Sequence record: CP132319.1
DNA length: 64,000 nucleotides
From: a plasmid
Strand: one strand, 5' to 3'
In this document: piece after piece, positions 57,807-64,000 of the stretch
How the letters are laid out: each line of letters opens with the position of its first letter
Position numbering within the stretch: position 1 is the stretch's first letter
Translations under genes and position numbers: made by a program
Notes under the pieces: model-generated
What the model saw: the letters and a program-made list of their open reading frames with translations, nothing else
The model's database searches: none
Told to the model about the DNA's origin: nothing

Positions 57807-59786
57807 ATGAAACGCCTGTCGTTCGATACGCCCACGGTGATGTCGCTGCTGACGGTGCTGGGCATGGTCCTCGCCACGGCTGGAACCTGGCCGCCGGCCG
57901 AGGGGCTTGCCGTCCTGCGCTGGCCGGGGCTGGCGCTCGTCTATCTCGCCGGCGGACTGCCGGCGACGGGGAGCGCGCTTCTGGCCCTGTGGCGGCAGCA
58001 TGTCCTCGATATCGACCTCCTGATGGTGGTTGCCGCGGTTGCCGCGGCCGTCGTCGGAGCGCCGTTCGAAGGTGCGGTGCTACTGACGCTGTTCAGCGTG
58101 TCGAAAACGCTCGAGCATCAGGCGCTCGGCCGCGCGCGCCGCGCCGTCGAGGCGCTAATGGCGCTTCGTCCCGAAACGGCGTTCCGCAGGCAGGCCGATG
58201 GCTCGGTGCTGGAGGTTCCCGCAGCGGAGCTTGCCGTCGGGGATGTCGTGATCCTGCGGCCCGGCGCCCGCGTGCCGGCCGATGGCGTCATCCTGCTGGG
58301 ACGTGGTGGCATCGACGAGGCCAATATCACCGGCGAATCCATGCCCGTTTCCAAGGAGCCGGGCCAGCAGGTGTTCGAGGCCACCGTCAATCTGGACGGC
58401 ATTCTGGAGGTGGAGGTCGCAAGAACGATCGGCGATAGCACGATCGCCCGCATGATCCGGCTGGTCACGGAGGCCCAGGAGGCCAAGGCCCCCTCCGAGC
58501 GTTTCAGCGCCTGGTTCGGACAGCGTTATACCGTCGCGGTTCTCCTCGGCGCCGCTCTCGCCTTCGCCGTTTTCTATGGGGTCGGGCGCGATTGGGAGCA
58601 GGCGCTTTATCGGGCCGCGACGCTGCTGGTCGCCGCCAGCCCCTGCGCGATCGTCATATCGGTACCGGCGGCGATCCTGTCGGCGCTTTCGGCGGCCGCG
58701 CGCGGCGGCGTTCTGTTCAAGGGCGGCGGCGCGCTCGAAACGCTGGCCGCCGTCAATATCTTCGCCTTCGACAAGACCGGCACCCTCACCAACGGCCGGG
58801 CGGCCGTGACGCGGATCGTCGCGCTGGACGCGGACGAATGCGGCTTCCTGTCGTTGCTCGCCGGGCTCGAAGCCCATTCCGAGCATCATGTCGCGGCGGC
58901 CATCCGCCGGGAGGCGGCTGCACGTGGCATCGCGCCGGCGCATGTCGTGGATGTCAGCGCGCGCCCAAGCGCAGGGATCGTCGGGTCGGATGCGCTTGGT
59001 GTCCTCTGGGCCGGCAATCTTCATCTCGTTCGGGACATGGGGGCGTCGGTTGATCACGCCCGGCTTCGGGAACTGACCGACAGCGCCGAGACCGTCGTCT
59101 ATCTGGGACGAGGACCGGCTGTCCTCGGCGCCGTCGGAGTGGCGGACGAGGCGAGGGCGAGCTCGGCCCCGGCGCTCGCCGCGCTGCGGGCCGGCGGCGT
59201 GCGCCGCATCGTCATGATGACCGGAGACCGCCGGCCGGTGGCCCTGCGGATTGGCGGGCAGCTCGGCCTTGCTCCCGACGAGATCCACGCCGAAATGCTG
59301 CCGCAAGACAAGGTGCGCCATGTGGGGGACCTGGCGAGCGGCGGCACGGTGGCCTTCGTCGGCGACGGCGTCAATGACGCGGCCGCTCTTGCCCGCGCCG
59401 ATGTCGGCATCGCCATGGGCGCGGCCGGCTCGGATGTCGCCCTTCAGGCCGCCGATGTCGCCCTATTGTCGGAAGACATGAAGAAGCTGGCCGATGCGCA
59501 GCGTCTGGCACGACGGACCGCCGCGATCATCCGGCAGAACCTCGTCGTCGCGATCGGCGCCATGCTGGTGCTGGTAACGGGCGGGTTGTTCTTCGATCTG
59601 CCGCTGCCGCTGGCGGTGGTCGGACATGAAGGCGGGACCGTGCTCGTGGTCCTCAACGGCTTGCGGCTGTTGTCGGATCCGATCCGGCGGCCAGTGGACA
59701 GGGCCGCATCCGTCCGTGCGCTGGAGGACGGGTTGGCGACGTCGCCACCGGTTGCGGCCACGTCGCCGGCCGACACGCCGGTATAG
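57807..59786 (+). CDS. P1B-4 type heavy-metal ATPase (SPC motif, no N-terminal HMA domain; Co/Fe/Zn-type)
   Basis: SPCAIV, DKTGTLT, GDGVNDAAAL and HEGGT motifs. The N-terminus is short, as in CzcP/PfeT/CtpD-type pumps. Confidence 0.85.
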   Translation: MKRLSFDTPTVMSLLTVLGMVLATAGTWPPAEGLAVLRWPGLALVYLAGGLPATGSALLALWRQHVLDIDLLMVVAAVAAAVVGAPFEGAVLLTLFSVSKTLEHQALGRARRAVEALMALRPETAFRRQADGSVLEVPAAELAVGDVVILRPGARVPADGVILLGRGGIDEANITGESMPVSKEPGQQVFEATVNLDGILEVEVARTIGDSTIARMIRLVTEAQEAKAPSERFSAWFGQRYTVAVLLGAALAFAVFYGVGRDWEQALYRAATLLVAASPCAIVISVPAAILSALSAAARGGVLFKGGGALETLAAVNIFAFDKTGTLTNGRAAVTRIVALDADECGFLSLLAGLEAHSEHHVAAAIRREAAARGIAPAHVVDVSARPSAGIVGSDALGVLWAGNLHLVRDMGASVDHARLRELTDSAETVVYLGRGPAVLGAVGVADEARASSAPALAALRAGGVRRIVMMTGDRRPVALRIGGQLGLAPDEIHAEMLPQDKVRHVGDLASGGTVAFVGDGVNDAAALARADVGIAMGAAGSDVALQAADVALLSEDMKKLADAQRLARRTAAIIRQNLVVAIGAMLVLVTGGLFFDLPLPLAVVGHEGGTVLVVLNGLRLLSDPIRRPVDRAASVRALEDGLATSPPVAATSPADTPV

Positions 59787-59807
59787 GCGCCGGCCGCGTT
59801 CTGCGGA

Positions 59808-60533
59808 TCAACAGGACAGGAAGCGGGTGCGCGTGTTCTCTTCGAGAAGCAGACCCGTGATTCCGCCGAACACCCATTCCCGCAGGCGGCTGTGACCATA
59901 GGCGCCGGTGACGACGATATCGGCGTCGCTTTCGTCGACGAATTGCAGAAAGCCGATCGTTTCGTCGGCGCTTTTGATCATCTGCGGCCTGGCTTTTACA
60001 TTGTGCCGGGCGAGATAGGAAACGATATCGGCGAGGCTCTGCCTCTCGGCCGGTGCGGGCTCCGGGGAAACGGAAACGACGGCGACGTCATAGGCGACCG
60101 ATAGCAGGGGAATTGCATCGGCAATCGCGCGGCGGGCCTCACGGGTGTCCTTCCAGCCGATGACGATCTTTCTTGTCGCAATCGCGTCCCGGTCCCTCCC
60201 GACCACCAGCAGCGGCCGGCCGGCGCGCAGGACGATGGCCGCCGGGTCCGCGCGCTCTTCGGCCGCCATCAATACGAGATCGGCGATACGGGCGGCGGCC
60301 ACGACCGCCTCGGTCGGCGCCATTGTTTCGCCGCGCCATTCCGCCTCGATCCTGTTTGCCGCCAGATGGAGGAACGCGGCGCGGGCCTCCTCCATGCGCT
60401 CTGCGAGCGTTTCGGCGGCGCAAAGCCCGACGAGCCGCGCGCCCGAGCGGGATGCCAAATCGATGGCGGCCTCCGTTATCGGCTCGAACGGCCGGTCGAT
60501 ATCGAGATTGACGAGAATGGATCGATAAACCAC
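59808..60533 (-). CDS. tandem universal stress protein (UspA) domain protein
   Basis: Two USP units, ending in VVTGAYGHSRLREWVFGGIT. Confidence 0.75.
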   Translation of the reverse strand: MVYRSILVNLDIDRPFEPITEAAIDLASRSGARLVGLCAAETLAERMEEARAAFLHLAANRIEAEWRGETMAPTEAVVAAARIADLVLMAAEERADPAAIVLRAGRPLLVVGRDRDAIATRKIVIGWKDTREARRAIADAIPLLSVAYDVAVVSVSPEPAPAERQSLADIVSYLARHNVKARPQMIKSADETIGFLQFVDESDADIVVTGAYGHSRLREWVFGGITGLLLEENTRTRFLSC

Positions 60534-61149
60534 GCGTAGATTCCTTCCGGTCCAGGTAAGCGGTCGGAAGCATAGCGCCGATAGCGCGGTAGATATTGAT
60601 CCTGGTCAAGTATCGCGTAGGGCCTGCCAAAGGGCCGGGTCAGCCGCCCCGTTCCGCCTCCGGAGGCCTTACCTTGGATTGCGAGCATGCGCTCCACGTT
60701 CGCCGAGAGGATCGGGGGCAGGAACGGCCGCAGAAGTTCCAGCCGGGCGACGATTGCACCGTGAGCGGGTCCAGCAATTTCCCCGACGCCCCGGTGAAGA
60801 CGGACACGTTTTAACGGGCCATTGCAAAGATTTTGGGCGCTCCTATCTCTTGCTAGAGATCGTTGGAGACACCCGCGATGAAGACCATCCCTATCGAAAC
60901 TCTCATTTCCGACGCGGCTGAAATTATGTTGCCGCGGCGGTGCGCCAAGGCAACCCGACCGGCTGTGGCCTGTATCTGCTGCGGAAACGCTGATCGGGCA
61001 ATGGACGACGACGGGTGCGGCATCTGCGATGCTTGCCTCGATGCGCCGCTGCAGGCGATTTGTAATCTGGAAGGATTTGATTTGCCGGAAGTCTTTCCTC
61101 ATTTATCGCGGCGACGGTAGCCGTCGCGCGTTCGCAACCATACGGTTCG

Positions 61150-61183
61150 GAAGGGCGCTCTCCGAATGGGTCGAGCGCCCTTC
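61150..61183. repeat. perfect 11-bp stem hairpin (GAAGGGCGCTC ...12 nt... GAGCGCCCTTC)
   Basis: Seen directly in the sequence. No adjacent T-run on either strand. Confidence 0.4.
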
Positions 61184-61781
61184 GGCATTACTGGAAGGTG
61201 CGCCCGGCGGATCATGCGGGTCGCCGCGAGCGTTCCATCTGATTACCTCTCGCCTATCATTTCGATACCGCCGCGAAGCTCCACCACGAATATGTCCGGC
61301 GGCTCGGTGTCTTCGACGCGGACCTCGCGGGCGGGATAGGCATGGCTAAGCGGGAAGGACAGGCACATCAGCCGACGTGCTGCACGGACAGGGCACGGGC
61401 GGAAGCGGCCTGATCAGCGATTTTGCGGAGACGGAAGGGTCGAGCCAGTCCGCCCAGGTGTTTCGCTCAAGGATCACGATTTGCCGATCGTGGTAGGGAG
61501 CGATATCGGGGCCGGGCGGCATGGTGAAGGCCTCACCGACCTAATCGGTGGCCCGCCAGATGCCGACAATAGCAAAGATCAGCTCCGCGATCTTGCGAAA
61601 TAGCCACTAATCCTTGCGTTTTTTTTGCCTTTCTCGGCCGGTTCGGTGAACTCAGTTATGCGGACCCCCTTTGTTTTTCCCGCGGCGTTTTTGGCGAGGT
61701 CCGCCTTGCGAAGCCTTCAATTCTACCTCAGCGCGGCGGACCTCGATAGCAAACCATCGCAATTTTGGCGCCCGCGAGCCA

Positions 61782-62540
61782 CTAATGCCGCCACACCTTC
61801 ACTGCGGAGATCAGCAAGATGATCGCTAGGGCTGGCAGCAGTACCGCGTTCGGAACGATCCCGAGAAGCAAGCCGCCGACAAAGGTGCCGACAATCGAAC
61901 CGGCAGCCATGATCAAGAGAAAGGCCTTGTTGCGGCTGATAACAGAGAAGCTCCGATCACGGCTATAGCGAGTGAACCCGACCAGCATGGTTGGCAGGCT
62001 TATGGCAAGCGAAAGGCTGCCACCGAGCTTGATGTCCGCTCCAAAGAGGAGAACCAGTGTCGGGATCAGTAGTTCGCCGCCCGCTACTCCCAGCAGTGAT
62101 GCGACGATGCCTATGATGAAGCCGGCGAAAACACCCGCGATGAGCTGGCTGACGCCGGTCAACATCGGTTGGCCGGCTGTCGCGTCGTGCCCGAACACCA
62201 GGACGATCGCGATTGCCACGAGCATGATGGCGATAACCTTGTAGAGCGTCTCCGACCGCAGCTTTGTCGCCCAGCCTGCGCCGAACCAGGCGCCGATCAG
62301 GCTTCCGGCGAGAAGATTGAGGACGATCGGCCAATTGTCGGCGACGGCGCTGAACGGAACGGTTCCTGCCCGAAAAGGAAGCGCGGTCGCAACGACCACG
62401 AGGCTCATCGCTTTGTTGAGGATGACAGCCTCAAGCGCTGCAAAGTTGAAGAGCCCGATCAGGATTGGGAGGCGGAACTCCGCGCCGCCGAGCCCGATGA
62501 GTCCTCCAAGAGCGCCAATAATCGCGCCAATTGTGAATTA
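61782..62540 (-). pseudogene. TSUP (TauE/SafE) family gene lacking its first ~10 codons and start codon
   Basis: The conserved N-terminus (...FTIGAIIGALGGLIGLGGAEFRLPILIGLF...) is in frame with the listed ORF but begins directly after a TAA. The only ATG is internal. Confidence 0.55.
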
Positions 62541-62734
62541 GCCCCGAAAGGCTCTCGTGTCGCCCCCCAATTTGAACGGACAGTTGGCATAAGCAGAAAG
62601 GCATAGCGTCTGAACGCTGCAACCTGCGTATGTCGGAGCGTTGGACCCAAGGTAGCACCTTGTCTGTAGCGCCCATTATTCCCGGCGTCGTGAGTGGAAC
62701 GCCACGCACAGAGGCACCGTGGCGGACATTGTGA

Positions 62735-63529
62735 TCAAGCCATCGTCGGCCCCCAGCTTCGGTAGAAGATGTAGCCAGCGACGACGAAGATGAGCGCCGC
62801 GAACAGACGGTTGAGTGTGTTCTTGTAGCCACTCAGTCGAGTTGCCAGCCTCATTCCGAGGATGCCGCCTGCGATGCCTCCACCGATGAACTCCGTTGCA
62901 AGCCACCAGTCCACCAGCCCGGATGCCGCATAGTTCAGCGCGGTCGCCAGTCCGAAGGCGCCGACGGACAGAAGCGACGTGCCGATCGCATTGATCATCG
63001 GCATGCCGGTTGCCAGCATCAGACCTGGCACAATCAGGAACCCCCCGCCGATCCCGAAGAAGCCTGACGCCGCTCCGGCGGCCAGCGCCACGGCTGCTGT
63101 GACAAAGCACATCTTAAGGTCGATCGGCCGGCTTTCGACCGACGGCGGCTTCCTGGGCTTAAGCATCAGGGCGCCGACGACGACCATCAGAATGCCGAAC
63201 AGGAGAATCAGTCGGTCTCCGTCCATCGCCTTTCCGAGGCTGGAGCCTGCTAGCGCGCCGAGGACGCCGAGCGCTGCAAACACCGCGGCGCACCGCCACC
63301 AGACGTGTCCCTTGATTGCGTGGCTCGTAAAGTTCGCGAAAGCGTTGACCGAAACTGCAAGCGCACCGGTTCCAATCGCGACATGAGGCTGCGCGACTCC
63401 GACGACGTAGAGGAGGAGCGGGGTCGCCAGGATCGAGCCGCCGCCGCCGAGAAGGCCGAGCATGAAGCCGACGATCCCGCCGGAGCCGACAGCCGCTAGA
63501 ACGGAACCAATCATGTTCTTCTGCTCCAC
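62735..63529 (-). CDS. TSUP (TauE/SafE) family sulfite/anion exporter
   Basis: Two 4-TM repeats with GxGGG motifs (GLLGGGGS, GFFGIGGGF). Confidence 0.75.
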   Translation of the reverse strand: MEQKNMIGSVLAAVGSGGIVGFMLGLLGGGGSILATPLLLYVVGVAQPHVAIGTGALAVSVNAFANFTSHAIKGHVWWRCAAVFAALGVLGALAGSSLGKAMDGDRLILLFGILMVVVGALMLKPRKPPSVESRPIDLKMCFVTAAVALAAGAASGFFGIGGGFLIVPGLMLATGMPMINAIGTSLLSVGAFGLATALNYAASGLVDWWLATEFIGGGIAGGILGMRLATRLSGYKNTLNRLFAALIFVVAGYIFYRSWGPTMA

Positions 63530-63942
63530 GCTCTGTCGTAGACTGCCATACCGATTAACATGGCGGCGACGAACAACACCGTTTGTGGGATGCCAACCGA
63601 TAGGGAGGCGACTGCAGGGCCGGGACAGAAGCCGCCGATCCCCCAGCCAATTCCGAACAAGGCCGATCCGATGAGCAGCGGCGCGTCGATCTTCCGGGTC
63701 GTGGGCACATGGAAACTGTCGTCGAAGGTGGGATGGCGCATCTTCTTCATCACCTGAACGCCGATGAAGGCGACAGCGACGGCGCCGCCGAGGACGAAGG
63801 CAAGACTTGGATCCCAGTTGCCGAAGACGTCAAGGAAGCCTCGGACGCGAACCGGATTGAGCATGCCCGAAAGCGACAGGCCGAAGCCGAAGACGATGCC
63901 GGATAAGAGGGCGGCGCCGAACTGATAGATGGTCCTGTTCAT
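63511..63942 (-). CDS. YeeE/YedE-family (thiosulfate/sulfur transporter-like) membrane protein half
   Basis: 143 aa with 4 TM segments, the GFCPGP motif and a conserved Cys. Confidence 0.65.
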   Translation of the reverse strand: MNRTIYQFGAALLSGIVFGFGLSLSGMLNPVRVRGFLDVFGNWDPSLAFVLGGAVAVAFIGVQVMKKMRHPTFDDSFHVPTTRKIDAPLLIGSALFGIGWGIGGFCPGPAVASLSVGIPQTVLFVAAMLIGMAVYDRAWSRRT

Positions 63943-64000
63943 AGTCCGAAACCTCGTAGAATGGCGACCGCGACCACGCCCGCGGACAGGAATGTGGCAA
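63940..64000 (-). CDS. 3' end of a further YeeE/YedE-like gene (continues beyond the window)
   Basis: The minus-strand frame ...ATFLSAGVVAVAILRGFGL ends in TGA overlapping the downstream ATG (ATGA). Confidence 0.4.

Noticed and set aside
60878-61120. 85-aa Cys-rich ORF (CICCGNADRAMDDDGCGICDAC)
   Set aside because: A plausible small metal-binding protein, but with no RBS or context support in a high-GC, decayed interval. Left as unsupported.
1-64000. CRISPR arrays, rRNA and tRNA genes
   Set aside because: No regularly spaced direct repeats and no tRNA-like T-arm motifs were seen in the intergenic regions, including next to the integrase. I could not run a covariance search, so a degenerate tRNA fragment cannot be excluded.

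Overview
This 64 kb window is about 61% GC and reads like a segment of a large alphaproteobacterial plasmid or ICE, with Rhizobiales-like protein signatures. It is an accessory-gene mosaic containing:
- an incomplete CusA-type RND pump followed by a DUF411 gene;
- vapBC and parDE toxin-antitoxin pairs, a tyrosine integrase and a DUF1403/ScpB-like pair;
- a MerR-family metal regulon with three near-identical operators driving an lspA-CDF operon, a Zn/Cd/Pb P1B ATPase and a CopZ-like chaperone;
- a second, 5'-truncated cusA fused at a deletion junction to a remnant of an MBL-fold gene;
- a copper module: CopA multicopper oxidase, two c-type cytochromes, a second multicopper oxidase, a cupredoxin, CusF and a YVTN beta-propeller flanked by two small Cys4 secreted proteins;
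- a decaying moeA;
- an unusual translationally coupled pair, an XRE-HTH polytopic membrane protein plus an alpha/beta hydrolase;
- a complete VirB1-B11/VirD4-type type IV secretion cluster with extra genes: a chimeric transglycosylase-VirB5 paralogue, an Eex-like lipoprotein and two small non-lipoprotein ORFs in the VirB7 position;
- tandem SNase-like exported proteins;
- two arsenic modules, arsR-MFS and arsR-arsN-arsC-acr3-arsC-arsH;
- a perfect Irr ICE-box palindrome upstream of a VIT-family / P1B-4 ATPase operon;
- universal stress protein and TSUP/YeeE sulfur-transporter genes at the right end.
No rRNA, tRNA or CRISPR array, and no relaxase or oriT, was recognised. All calls rest on reading motifs in the supplied translations and DNA; no database search was possible. 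Coordinates of starts and small sites may be off by a few bases.
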